A DNA stretch of 60,000 bases from Botryllus schlosseri (Eukaryota), in assembly GCA_051294905.1 (NCBI GenBank), contig CM119372.1, positions 29,638,001 to 29,698,000 on the forward strand. The letters run 5' to 3'. The notes under the pieces are model-generated. The model was not told the origin of the DNA and searched no databases. It saw only the letters and a list, made by a program, of their open reading frames with translations. Both the position numbers and the translations under genes were made by a program. This document shows, piece after piece, positions 47,352-60,000 of this stretch. The number at the start of each line of letters is the position of its first letter. Positions within the stretch are counted from its first letter, which is position 1.

Positions 47352-49351
47352 ATGTCTTTTGTGAAGTCTCCGGTGAATTCCCGCAAGTCTCCAACCTTGG
47401 CACCGACTTGGAAGCCATTAGCCAAGATGACGGTCGATGATTTACGATCCGAATTACAAGAACTTGGCGCGGCTACAAGTGGGAGCAAAGTTGTATTGAC
47501 GGAGCGATTAAGGAAAATCCGCGATTCCGGCAAACCTTCACAAAAGAAAGAACTGAAGTCCTCTCCATTGAGCACCACCGAGAGTCCATCTGAACTAGTT
47601 ATAATTTTTCAGATGATGAAGCATCAGCAAGATCTCGATCGTCAGCAGCAGCAATTAGATCGTGAAGCTGATCGCCAGCAGCAGAAATTAGACCGTTAAG
47701 CTGCCAACCTCAAATTTCAGTTGCAGCTCGAAGAGCTCGAGCTGAAGCATATGTCCAAGACCGTGAAGAATCCGAAAGACGGTTTCAACAGCAACTGGAA
47801 GAAATTCGCCAGAAGTCATTAGAAGACCGACTCAGCTTGTGCGAAATCTTGAAAGACGCTGTCAAGAAGTCCGTCAACCACCCATCGGCAAGCAACGGAG
47901 ATCCATGTCTACCTGATGTTGTTATAAGGAAATTCAGACGCATGAATGCCGAAGTGGTCGAGTCTTTGCAAGCGCTTGAAAATAAATATAAGTATTCCAC
48001 CTCTGTCGAAGAAATCAACGTCTTCATACGGTCAGTAGAAATATCACTGACCGATCTCAAGACATTCGTGGATGCAGAAATCGTTCAGCTTGACGATGGT
48101 GATGTCAAGTCCGAAATCATTGATGGCATGAGAAGCTCGAAAGAAATTTATTTTGTACACATTCCTCTTGCCAAATCCAAGTCTTCATCGCTGAAAGCTG
48201 CCGAAGAAGCGGAAAAAGCCGCTGGATCCCTCCCGAGTGGAATAGTGCCGCCTACATTCAACGGCGATATTTTGACTTTTCCTGCATTTTGGGAGTCGCT
48301 CGAGCCATTGGTTCACAAAAATCCAAAGGTCAGTCCGTTTTACAAAATCTCATATTTAAAGGCAGCTCCTAAAGGTTCGTCATCCGGCCTTCTCAATGGT
48401 TTCCCCTCGGCGGCAGTGAATTATGAGCCTGCAGTAGAAGCCGTTCTTAAAAGGTACGGAAAGAAGCAAGCGATCGTGAGAAATCACATCGAAGACTTAC
48501 TGCAAGGTCAGAAAGTAGAATTTAAGATCGACAAAGTCAGACAACTTCTCGATGCCGCTACTGCTAAAAGGGCCATTTTATCGCAGTATGACGTCTCTTG
48601 GGACCAACTCTTTACACAGGTACTAGAGTCCCAGTTGCCCGGTAAGTTGCATGAGCGTTGGATCAGAAGAACTAGCCCCTTGATCGAAGCCGATAACATT
48701 CCTGATTCTGATCTCCTGTTTGAGTTTCTAACAACCGAGTTGGCGACGATGGAATCGTTGCGTAAGTCGCAGAATGGGCGTCGCCCTGTTGACGTACGTG
48801 AAAAGCCCCCTCATAAAGATGAACTGGCTAGTGTTGGTACCCATAAACCTGACAATTCATTTTCTGCCCAGTCTCTCGTGATTCAATCCGTCCAGCTATC
48901 ATGCACCTACTGCTCAAAACCTCATTTATTGAAAGATTGTTTTAAATTTCTGAAATTAAAACGCGCCCAGCGATTGGCTGACTTGGTTATGAAGCCTGGT
49001 AAAGTGTGTTTTAGATGCTTATCCCCGAAAGGACACAAATAGCACCCGAAGCATTTTCATCAATGTAAGGAGCGTTGTTCCGTCACTTGCTGTGGGAAAC
49101 CCCACCACAAATTGTTACACGTTTCTGCGGAACCATTGATTGACGCTAAGTGTATGGTATCAACTGTTGATGTTTCCACCCCTGCGCTTCGGGATTTCGA
49201 CATAGACACAATATTGCCTACTGCTTTGGGACGAATCCACTACAGAGGTGAAGTTAAAACAGCTGCGTCAAAGGACGTTTCGTTGAAACCTAATCCATGG
49301 ATTTCGTTGAACGACAAGTTGGAAAGATTAGCTGATAGAAGAATCTGTTGA
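47352..49351 (+). pseudogene. Disrupted BEL/Pao gag: SAP domain, Q/E-rich coiled coil, DUF1759-like region, three zinc knuckles, protease start
   Basis: SAP-like MTVDDLRSELQELGAATSGSKVVLTERL; PTFNGDILTFPAFWESL...KISYLK; knuckles CTYC..H....C, CFRCL, C...CGKPHHKLLH; ILPTA. Stops at 47697 and 49040, frameshift near 47755. Confidence 0.88.
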
Positions 49352-49378
49352 CCGACCATAGTCGGTCAAGTGGGGGAG

Positions 49379-49815
49379 TGTTTTGACGAGTCACGTTTTT
49401 AGTTGATCAGTTTCTATGTTTCAGTGAATCAGTTTAATTCAACTGTCCTTTATTTGCGTTCCGTTATTTTCCTCGACACCTCTTAATTGTTCTGTTTGAT
49501 TGATGATTGGTAAATTTAATTGTTGCGCCGTCCGTTCTCGTTTACCTTTATATTGCTCTGTTGCTGTTATTTCTTTTCTCCATTCAACTGTTATCGGACG
49601 AGCAAGCAATCTTGCGAATCTCGCCATTCACGTATCTATAATTCGGAACAAGCTATTCCGCATTCTACGTTTTGGACTGCTTGTATTTGCGAACAGAAGA
49701 GATTTTGAGATACGCAACGCTTGCTTAGTACCCATTGCCAGATTTAGCGTGCAGCAGACAGGATCTCGACACCTGATAAAGTGCCACTCATTGAATTCAG
49801 TGCCGCGTCGGAACA
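49379..49815 (+). repeat. 3' LTR (437 bp)
   Basis: Direct repeat of 46780-47215, followed by TSD ACGTG. Confidence 0.95.
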
Positions 49816-50864
49816 ACGTGAGAAAGTAGTATCGATAACGCCATATGACTGGTCCTGTCTCGGCACCACGAGAGAGAAAGTAGTATCGGAAGACAAGACA
49901 TTCAATCAGGTTTAGTAATATTTTCATCGTGACATGACCATGTTCAGACCCGATATGGCTGCATGAGTTCATAGAACATAAACCCGTGATTTATATATAT
50001 TGTTTATTATTTGCCTTTCCAGACTACATACTAGACATGAGTATTCGATTGGACTTATTTTAACATTTCCAAAAAATCGCCCTAGTTATGACTTTTGTGA
50101 GACTTCTTAAATATGGAAGTCGCGATGAAAAAATTGCGGTGGTGGGTTCGCGGATCGCATCCAACATGTGAATCCATTTGCGGGCCGCACTTTATAAAAT
50201 TGGGATACGAAGTCAAAATTATTGTTATTTGATTATATAGTGACCGACGACATGGAAATAATAAGTATGTATTTGTATATTTCAAACAAACCAAACATTG
50301 ATCTGATGACAACGTACACGCGTCAGAAACAGTGACAAGAATTTATTAGTTGGTTGCCCTCATTGTCAAAATTAGGGATGAAAGTCGTTTTTTAAAAAAG
50401 GCGCTTATTTGAAACACTGTTTAAAACAAAGTGTTTTAAAACACCGTTTGTTTTCAATGCAACCCTAAACGTACCCGGCCATAAGCTAAATCGAAAACCT
50501 ATGGCGCGGCCCACACGCCATTAATACTTGGCACTTTTTCACGGGACCTAACAATTACAACCTACGCGACGCCAATGTTCGGCCGGAGAATAATTCAATT
50601 GAGCACTTTTTGGTTGCCATAAAATGCTCAATACTTGGTGTCGACTAAGTCGGTAGAAGTAGAAGTAGAAGTAGCCTACATGTCCTCGGCACGCTGATAT
50701 AGCCTTGTGAGCAGCCAGTAATTCAACGACTGAGCAGCCTGGTCTTACTGAGCCACCATCGATATGTCACAAAACAATTGACCGTAAACGAGGTGATTAG
50801 AGCTTATGTTGCCGTAGACTATAGCAGTAATCTATCTATAATAGTGTATTTCTATTGTATAGAG

Positions 50865-52535
50865 CAGTGGTTCTCAACCGCCGGTGCCGGTCCGCGACGA
50901 GTTTCCTGCCGGTCCGCCAGGCCTATTTCGATTTTATACTTTAATTTCAAAATGTAGTATGTTGAAGGCTTGTTCATCGATAAAATAATTTATTCATCAA
51001 ATTTTAAACTTATTCAGAACTTCGTGATGTAACATGTTCGATTTGACTTGAAGTTCAAGCCGTGTCATTTGACGACATGCAAGCGACAAGTACAAGCCTA
51101 GCCTAGTCGCCAAACCACGCAGTTTGCGCATTCATTCGTTTTCGAATCATTCACATTGTGCAGGACCGTAACTGCCGCACCCTGAACCCCCAATTGGAGC
51201 GGGGCTGAGATTGAAGCGGCCCAAAATTATTTCGTGAATGGACATTAATTATAAAGTATTTTTTATACAAACTTTATCCAATTTTTACAATTTTTTTCGC
51301 GCTTTGCGCGATTCAGTGGCACTAAATGTATTGATTATTGGGTGCCCTTCCAACAAAAACTACACATGATTTATAGAAATAGGCATTGCGGCCTCAGCCA
51401 TTACTACGCCAAGACGCACTAATACATAATGAAGCTTATAGGCTAACATGGTACTCCAAAAATTGTGCCGAAAAATTCGGCAGCGAGAAAACCTTGGCCG
51501 AAAAGGAATTCGCTTAGTTAACCGAAAACTTCGATATACATATATCCAATTGTCTATTGGCGCCTGAATGGCTTGCGACGAATCCCGCTGTCCTGGAAAT
51601 CTGTACACCTCAGGACAAATGCCATATCACAGAGAAAATTATTTGCCAGTGAAGACATACCAATCTTTTGGTTTAGTACGCTTGGGTGATTTCAATATCT
51701 ATTCGCTATATAACAGACAGTAGGTCACGAAATAACGACATGCAACGAAGTAATTATTCCAACAGGCCGGCCCGAATATGTTCAATTAATTATTACGTGA
51801 TCCAAACTTTTCAAGACGACACCTCACTCAGCTCTACCGTAAAATCTTGAAACTTTATAACTTTTATATTATTGACCGATTCAGTCATTAATTATAGAAA
51901 ATTTTATTGCTTCGCGCGATTAGGCTCCATAACCTCTTTGCCTACACTGAATAGAATGAATGCACTCACAAGGACTGGTGAAACCATCCATCCACTGTGT
52001 GGTTTGGGGCTAGGGGGGGTCTGACGAAGTGATTTTTCGGTCCTGATTTTGTGGATGGTCAGGTGTAGCTGTTTTCAGGTGTTTTCGTACCCCACATTTT
52101 ATTCATAGTAGCCTACGTCTGCTGGTAGTGGGCAATGAACAAAGTAGCACGACAAGGTGATTGGTCAGACTCCGTAACGCTTCTTCTCTCGATATTGTCG
52201 AAGAGAATAATATTATTCGAGTTCGTGAGGTCGGTTAAATCCATGGCCTTCGGAACGAAAAACTGTGAACGACTCTTGGAGGTAGCACTTTTCTCTGGGC
52301 ATGGCAATTTTACATCGACTCAGCAAACTCACTGCCGTACAATGGATGCCATCTTGAACATAAATAATTACGATCAAAACCCTCAAAATGTCACTCTGTG
52401 GCACCATATACTTGCAAGAAAACGGTGACATACTTTACATTTTGGGTTAATTGCAATTTTTGAAAGTCCACCGGTCCGCCAAACATTTTTTGAAATTTTA
52501 CCGGTCCGCGAGGTGAAAAACGTTGAGAACCACTG
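50865..52535. mobile_element. Non-autonomous hAT/Charlie-like element containing a nested element
   Basis: TIR cagtggttctcaac / gttgagaaccactg; TSD GTATAGAG; ccggtccgc subterminal repeats. Confidence 0.9.
51161..52045. mobile_element. Nested hAT-type MITE (CAGGACCG family)
   Basis: caggaccgtaac ... ttttcggtcctg; degenerate TSD acattgtg/attttgtg; homologous to 57756-58979. Confidence 0.7.
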
Positions 52536-52599
52536 GTATAGAGTACTCAATGCTCACATTAGCGACAATCTCTTGTAATATCGGACTGATATAGTGCAT

Positions 52600-53075
52600 A
52601 CATTTATATTACTCGTCAACAATTGGTGTTGGCTTGAATTGTATCGTGCGAACGTGTAGGGTATAGGTAGGATGGATTGTTTATTGCATCATATCAAATT
52701 GTTTCAACTTTCTGTGGTTTCATATTCTAGCATCTATATGGCTGACAGTTGCAGGCGTTGTTTATCAGTTCTGCGTATATGTGAGTCATAACGCCCCGTT
52801 GAAGGTATAATTATAGATATTTGTTACTCGATTCAGAATTAATCGTGACTCAATATGTATAGTTCAATCATTTTGGAAAATACAATGGCTTCCATCAGGC
52901 CGCTTACTTCGAAAATTCGACATGGCTTTGTGACTTGTCTCGTTACTTGACCTGACCTGACTTTACTTAACTCGAGTCACATCCAAAAATTGAGTGCCTT
53001 GACTTGACTCGAGTAAAAATATAGAATGACTCGACATGACTTATGACTCGAAGGTAGTGACTTGATCCCGACATA
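52600..53075 (+). mobile_element. Old diverged fragment (right half) of the 1291-2268 MITE family
   Basis: ggcttgaattgtatc...gacttgactcgagt...atgactcgaaggtagtgacttgatccc aligns by eye to ~1780-2262. Confidence 0.75.
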
Positions 53076-53416
53076 GCATATGACGTGTTCTTATAAGGAA
53101 ATCTCCTCATAATATTGTACCATAGCACTATCCCCAGATGCTTGACAGACATATACCACAAACGCATCTGCGAACAGCTACACGCGTTCATATGTTACTC
53201 TTAATTCAGAGACATCTTCCGATCGGTGTAAAGTCAGGTAGCAGTCAAAATCTAACATCGGTGTAAGGATGGTACGACACAATTATGATCAGATCACGTG
53301 TATGCAAGTACCGATAATACTGACCAAATTCATTCATTACCTATGAATATTTTTCGCTAGAAAATAAACGCTGTTGTTGTTGTTGTTATTTTATTATTAA
53401 TATCAATAATTTAACC

Positions 53417-53590
53417 GCAATTCTGTAATCTGATCTCTCTATGTATTAGCCTACATATGAATACCAATTTGACTGTATTACTGAAATTGCAAAAATTGAC
53501 TTCAATCTCGTCTTTTTCCTTAGGGGGCAAGTTGCTGCCCGGATTATGTGAGACTTTACAAGTTTTACTGTGAATATAGAATATAATATA
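53417..53590 (+). mobile_element. Diverged 5'-truncated 3' end of the Dong-like retrotransposon family
   Basis: Aligns to the reverse complement of 5122-5290 (gcaattctgtaatctga...ggggcaagttgct..ccggattatgtg...gttttactgtgaat.agaatataata); lies in a TTA/TAA-rich context. Confidence 0.85.
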
Positions 53591-54171
53591 GAAATAACAA
53601 TATCCATGTCATTCTTATTAGTAGGGAAGTTTTTGCGACTTTTGCAAATTTTTTACAGCTTCCGAAAACTTCCTAAATACCCGGCATTTGTGTTGTTTGC
53701 TGTTTTAAGCTGTTGTAATTAATTTTATGTTGCAACTTTTTCTATCTTTGCATGCAACTTTTTATCGCAACTTTTATCAAGTATTGCTAACAAAAGGTAA
53801 AGGCGTGATTTAAAAAAACATGCTAAAAAACCAATCCTATTATGGATCCATCTTTGATTTGCTCAACAAAGAGTTATGTGATGCTTTGCAAAGCTGTATC
53901 CCAATTTTATCTATGACTTGCAAGCTTGAAGTTCAAAAGTCGAGCCAAGCACGACAGTGCTTCCACTATATATAGATAGAATGCTTGATTGATTAACTGC
54001 CGTTTAAATTTGTGGTCATTTTTCCTTTGCCGGACCTCCAAGCGATACCGCTGATGATTGCATTTTCACTGGGTCACCATTTCGGTTGCGAAGACTGAGT
54101 TTCGCTGCAATGCCTCGGGTCAAGTTTACAGACCGAGGGGAGTGGTAATTGACTCGTTTTATGGATCATAA

Positions 54172-54845
54172 TGGTCTACAAATTTCGGAAAAATTATTGC
54201 GCCAAAAATTTTAATGATTGATTTAGGCTAATTTAAGAGTGCTGAAGCCGATTCTGTGCTCAGCATTTCTCCATCACGTCAGATATTTTCCGTATGAATT
54301 TTTCTCATTTTCATAAATTAATCAAATTTCGGCTTCCGTTAGTGACATCACGGTAAGCATACAGCAGCAACAGATCAAATATTGTTACTGAAATCAACTA
54401 TCATGAAACCTGGGTTGTAGTACAGAATGAGTGAGTTTTCGGTGAGCTTAAATCCATTAATTCTCTATCTTCGTTCAATCAGAAGCACTTTTTGACCCTT
54501 AAAAATACACTGGTCTACAAATTTCAAAATCATTTTGCCACAAAAATTTCAATGATTGAATCAGACTAATTTTAGGTTGCTGAATCCGATTCTGTCATCA
54601 GAATTTCTCTATCACGTCAGCTTTTTTCGGTATGTATTTTTCTCATTTTCATAAATTAATCAAATTTTGGCTTTCGTTAGTGACATTGCGGTCAGCGTGC
54701 AACAGCAACAGATCAAATATTGTTATTGATATCATCTATAATGACGAGACCTGGGTTGTTGTAGAACAGAATAACTGAGTTTTCGGGGAACTTGGATCCA
54801 GTAGTTCTCTATCTTCTTTCGATCAGGACCTCTTATTGACCCATA
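54172..54845 (+). repeat. Diverged tandem duplication, two ~340-bp units
   Basis: ggtctacaaatttc at 54173 and 54512; shared ttttctcattttcataaattaatcaaattt and cagcaacagatcaaatattgtta. Confidence 0.85.
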
Positions 54846-55276
54846 AATTTATATTTGGATGCAACTATTTTAAATCGGTAGCAGTTATCATCTTTATATA
54901 TAACTCTTCGTTTTAAGATTGTGATTAGTAGCTCCGTACCTAATGCAGTTCTATACGTTATCTATCTTTATACACCCGTCCTGCAGACTTAATCGGTCAA
55001 TGCATTTTGTTACAGCATACTGCTCTTCCGCAAAACGTAAAAGTTTACAAACAATAAACATTGTATTGTTGGTATATTATGTAGAAGAGAATTGTTCACT
55101 GTGGTACATGACCCGAATATGTGGCCCTTTAAGCTTGTTTTGAAACATTAAAAGAAACAGGGTGTCTGCTTTTCCAAAGAAAAAAAGCTTATCATGACAA
55201 CTTAAAAGAAATTATCATCAATAATCTCCACCTGTACTTATCATGCTAATTCTTCTTCTGCAGTTTCCATATATTG

Positions 55277-56052
55277 TAGGGTTGCCATACGTCCGGAATT
55301 TCCCGGACAAGTCCGGAATTTCACTGTTAAAACTGCGCCCGGAGGAATTTCTAAAATATGCCCTAATGTCTGCAATTTTGAAGGTTTGAAGCAACCCCAT
55401 AATTTTTTTTTAGTCAACCTAAAAAAGATTATTTTGGGCATATCTATGATACTTAAAATTTTTCTTCGCGTCGCGCGTGATTTGGTATCATATATATTGG
55501 TTTTAATATGGGGACTACCGCCCTCGCAGAAACTGCGATCCAAAATGAATAAAACGTAACATTAATTTACATAAAGAAATCTAATTATAATCGTAATTAC
55601 AAGATAACGGTATATTCATAGAGTCGGTTAGAGTGGATGCTTTATTCAAAGATGGTGGTTCGCGAAGATGTTGAACGTAATTAGCTTCCAAAATAGGCCG
55701 TAAGTCTAGTCAAATGTGCCGACCTTTAATTAGTAATCAGCTCATCAAATTTTGAGCTGGGCCACGGCACATTTTCAAATTGGAAATGGAGTCGCAACCA
55801 TAAAAGGTTGAAAACCACGGGATGTGCGGTGTTTATATAGCTCAGTGGTGCAGTGCACACCAGCATTAGACTGATAAATAATCGTATCGGCGTGGCATGA
55901 ACATAATTTAACGATGTACAATTACGCTCCTTGCATTGCTGGTGTGAAGTGAAGTGATATTGATCGACAATGTGCTCACACCTCATTTTGAAATCCGCTA
56001 GTGGGCGCTGAAGAGCGTTCGGAATTTGAGGAAACAAAAATATGGTAACCCT
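55277..56052. mobile_element. hAT-type MITE with TAGGGTTGCCA end; related fragments at ~17330-17430 and ~45350-45450
   Basis: tagggttgccatacgtccgg ... tatggtaaccct with ccgga subterminal motifs; the right end abuts another element start (cagtggcggctcg), so no TSD is visible. Confidence 0.6.
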
Positions 56053-56469
56053 CAGTGGCGGCTCGTCCTATACGGCAGCTGGGGCATTGCCCCACCTAAA
56101 ATTCTGTTCAATAACAATTCTTTACCATTTATAGACGCACAGCAATCTAAATATACCGAAATCACAGCGAAAATCGTATTCTTCTTGTCCTTTCGCTTGT
56201 AAATGCCCATATTTAGCGAAGTCTCTGCGAAAATCGAATTCTCTTCCGTGTTTTTGCTTTGCGAATGCCTAGCCGGGGCATGCCCCGGTAGCGCTCATGA
56301 CAAGCTTTCACTGTCTATTCTCTCAAAGCCGCGCACAATAAAGAAACAGTGATTTACTTTCTCCTATTCATAAAATTACCGAGCAGGCGGGGCAACATAG
56401 CCTGGTTGCCCTTAAGGTGTGACGTAACAATCGTATCTATATATGAACTCGGTTACCGTCATATGCGTT

Positions 56470-57510
56470 TAGTCGACCTTTGCCGGTATAGCTCGATTTT
56501 GATAGTGTTTCTCACCATGATAATTCTTGAAACTTGGTATGTCATATCGTGATGGTGGTATTTAACACTGTCCTAAGTTTCAGGGTTTCTACTCAAAGTT
56601 TAGGGTATTAATTCCGTCTCCGAAGTTGAGTGTGTGCTGATCCGTCATGTATCGCAAACAGATTTTACTCAAAAGCCGGTATTGGTATCCATTGATTTTG
56701 ACGATGTTCCATACCGAGATCGGTCATGATATTTGGTACGGTAAGTCTTAATGTTAATATCGAACGCTGTACCAAGTTTCAAGTTTGTCACTGAACTATG
56801 TTAGTGGTAATTTCGTTTCCTAAGTCGAGTGAGAGCTGACTCATCATTTATCGCAAACATATTTTACGCAAAGCCGGTATTGGTCTCCATTGATTTTAAC
56901 GATGCTCCTTAGCTAGATCCGTCATGAGCTTTTGCATCGTATGTCTTGATTTTAGTATCGAACGCTGTGCCAAGTCTCAAGGTTGGCACTCAATGATTAG
57001 GGCAGCAATTTCGTTATCAAGGTCGAGTATGGTAGAGATGTGCGCTGATCTGACACTTAGCCTACCTAACGCATTGCGGATTTCACGCAAAAGCCGGTGT
57101 ATCTGTGTTAACGCTAACTGTGTTCCATACTGAGATAGGTGATGAGATGATGATATCACGAAACAGTTTACTAACATCCTCGGTTTGCATTCAAATATTT
57201 AGTTTTATTTTATATTCTCCAATGTCAATTTCACCGTGAAATTGTGGCCTTCAGGCCATTTGCTTACAAATACAACCCCTGTCAAGCGCGATAGCTGTTT
57301 CGTTTTCGAAGGCGGCTAACAGCTGATCGCTTGATCAGCCTATTCCTCAGTAAATTTTACGCAAAATTCGATGTTGGTCTGTTCGTATTAATTTTGACAG
57401 TGTACCATACCGAAAACGGTCACGAGGCTACTTCTCGATCATTTCATGTAACAGTGTACCAAATTTTCGGCTTTCATCCACGTATTTATTCGGTAATATA
57501 TTTTCCAAAG
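56470..57510 (+). repeat. Degenerate ~200-bp tandem repeat (4-5 units)
   Basis: Recurrent ttttacgcaaaagccggtattggt.tccattgatttt.acgatg and aacgctgt.ccaagtttca motifs near 56675, 56873, 57093 and 57360. Confidence 0.7.
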
Positions 57511-57544
57511 GCGATTTTGCAGCAGACATATAGACACTATAGAC

Positions 57545-59412
57545 CAGTGATTCCCAACCGCGGCCCCGAGGGCCGCATGCGGCCCCCAGCTAGCCTTTCT
57601 GCGGCCCCCACAAAAATATTGAGAAATCGATTTACGAAAAAAAAATTATATTTATAAAATACTCTTGCTTGGCTTGGAGTCTGGAGTTTTCAATTAGGAT
57701 TGCAGGAAAGTTGTGAGTAGACTGCTAAGATTACGTCACTGCTGGTAGGTATTGACAGGACCGTAACTGCCGCACACCAAGTCCCCCAATTGAGGGGAAC
57801 GAGCTCGAAGGGGGCCCAAAATTATTTAGTGAATTAGCATGAATTATAGAGTATTTTATGAAATTTTATGCAACTTTTTTAAAAAAATTTCGCGCTGGCG
57901 CGATTTCAAGTTTTCAAGTACCTTCATTATTGGATACTTTTCCACCAAGATAAAATACGAAAGATTTATAGAAGTGGGCATATCGGCGTTGGCCATTACC
58001 GCGTCACGACGCACGAAGGCATATAAAGTTTTAGGCCATATAACATGCGACTCCAAGAAGGGTGCCAGAACGATCGACAGCGGGAAAACCTTGGCCGAAA
58101 AGGACTGCCCTTACGCTGACCGGAAACTACGTTATGTATATACAAAATACATATAGGTATAATTGACCACAGGCGCCTAAATGACTGGCGCCGAATATTC
58201 CTGTCTTGGCAATCTGAACCTCACGAGACAAATCGGCTACTATCCTGCAGGGAAGAATTATATGCCAGTGAAGAACTACCAATTTGAAATCGTGTGCATC
58301 TTTTAGTTTAGTGCGTTTGGGCGATTCTGTATTTTTTGATATAGCAGACTGGAGGTCACAAAATAACATCATGTAACGAAGTCGTACCAACGGGTCCGCC
58401 CGTCCAAATATGTTAAAATATTATTTACGGGCCCTACAGTTTCCAAGACACCTCACTCAGCTCTACCGGTAAAACTAATTACGTGAGCAGAGAGGACAAG
58501 TAATTGATAGCAATATATATGCAATTCCTGATCTTATTGACCTATTTTATTTTGAATAATCGAAAATTTTCGCGCTCCACGCTGGCTCGCTAAACGGTTT
58601 AGCACCTTATGGGAGCTCAAGACCTAAGTGTTTTGAGCGGCCTGACGAAGTGCTGTTTCGTTCCTGTCATCGCGTATACGCCCGAAGATGTTTAATTATT
58701 ATTGAGTGGTCCTACCTTCTCAAACACAACTCACTCGGCTCAACCGGTCAATCTGATTACGTGAGGTGAGAGAGGATAAAAATTGATACCAATATATTTT
58801 CAATTCCCGATTATATCATGAATTATATAAATTTTTCGCGCTTCGCGCGATTAGTCGGGAGAAGCTGCCTAAAACGGACACCCGATTTAGATGATAAATA
58901 GCGGTAAACAGCCATCTAGCATGAGGGGGCCCAAGAGCAACGTTTAGGGGGGGACTGACGAAGTGCTGTTACGGCCCTGGGTATTGATAACTAATTTACG
59001 GATAGATGTGCAACAAGTGACTCACGATTGAATACGCCGAGATGCGTACAGATTAGCCGGCAAAAAACAGCATAATTGATAGTCCTATAGCTCGCGACCC
59101 AAGCGTCCGAATAATTTGATATGACGGTGTTTATCGGAAGGAGGTGTCGCACTGATTCCAAAAATACGAATTGAAATCTCGCCAGGGCAGTAAAACCACT
59201 CCGAAATAGCCAGTAAAGGTTGATTGTTCTGAGCAACGGGAGCGCGGCAACACAATGGCCAATAGCGACGAGCGAATGATCGGAACAATGCGAATTTCCA
59301 TATTTTGGTGACTATTTTGGGCTCCTTTCATTGCCCTGGTATTCGTGCGGCCCCGACCGTACTCTGAAATTCTAAATTTGGCCCTGCCGCCGAAAAAGGT
59401 TGGGAACCACTG
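57545..59412. mobile_element. Non-autonomous hAT/Charlie-like element containing a nested element
   Basis: TIR cagtgattcccaacc / ggttgggaaccactg; TSD CTATAGAC; gcggcccc subterminal repeats. Confidence 0.9.
57756..58979. mobile_element. Nested hAT-type MITE (CAGGACCG family)
   Basis: caggaccgtaac / gttacggccctg; exact 8-bp TSD GGTATTGA. Confidence 0.88.
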
Positions 59413-60000
59413 CTATAGACCGTAAGCCGTATGTGTCGTGCGACAGTCTCCAGCCTTAAGGCCAAAATATCCTATGCCGTACCGGGACCGAATTTCCGAG
59501 GCTGCTATCCGTAGTTCTTCAGAATGATGTTTTGGATTCAATATGACATGTCCAATCTATGAGATAACAATTGCGTATGTGTCCGAACTCGTTGACCTTT
59601 AAGTTAGGCTTACGCAATCTCTCGAGTTATAGTCATTTCCATTTCTGCAGATAATTAGTCAGGTATAGTGCGAACATGAACCTTGTCGAATCTTTGTTCC
59701 GTACGCCGTTTACGCAGTTACCACACTTCAAGTCACAGCTCACCGGCAGACCTCTCGCGGCACATACGTTTACACTAAAACTACGGAAACTTCGAACTAC
59801 CTAGAACTACCTTGTGGCTTTTTGACGCATGTTGAATTTTCTTCGATTAAATGCATTCAACAGAGCTAAAATTCAACACAAATCTCAACAAACGGTATCG
59901 GAAACCATTGTTTATTGCGCTCGCAGCTACTTGCAATATTTTAGACACACCTTAGTGCAGCACTTATATAACAAATCGTCGTTTTTTAGTGTAATATAAA

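Larger units (their letters stand above)
46780..49815 (+). mobile_element. BEL/Pao LTR retrotransposon, internally deleted (gag plus start of protease only), 3036 bp
   Basis: LTRs at 46780-47215 and 49379-49815 (TG...CA, ~7 differences); 5-bp TSD ACGTG; polypurine tract aagtgggggag before the 3' LTR; BEL-type gag. Confidence 0.93.

Noticed and set aside
50000..60000. Host protein-coding genes or RNA genes in the right-hand 10 kb
   Set aside because: The short ORFs lack recognisable motifs and mostly fall in MITEs; no tRNA or rRNA signature was seen. Small exons could have been missed.

Overview
AT-rich, repeat-dense animal genomic DNA; an invertebrate such as an ascidian is plausible, but the host cannot be established from the sequence. 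There are no prokaryotic features. The first ~45.7 kb is a head-to-tail duplication (1-17674 matches 18546-45688), so each copy shows the empty sites of insertions in the other. Each copy carries an intact 4-exon gene that the ORF track misses. It encodes a 115-aa secreted, probably GPI-anchored Ly6/uPAR three-finger protein, and the two copies differ by 8 amino-acid-changing and 1 silent substitution. Copy 1 holds an intact R4/Dong-clade non-LTR retrotransposon inserted in a (TAA)n microsatellite inside a decayed THAP/YqaJ DNA transposon. The most striking feature is in copy 2: a 13.84-kb element (30747-44586) with Polinton/Maverick-type ends (AGTAGT...ACTACT, exact 6-bp TSD AGCATC). It is a giant palindrome of two near-identical ~6.4-kb arms around a 1.05-kb spacer, with no recognisable intact gene, resembling a snap-back defective Polinton integrated in trans. 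The right part of the window has a pol-deleted BEL/Pao LTR element whose gag carries a SAP domain, plus many nested hAT-type MITEs. All family assignments come from motif recognition by eye; no searches were run.
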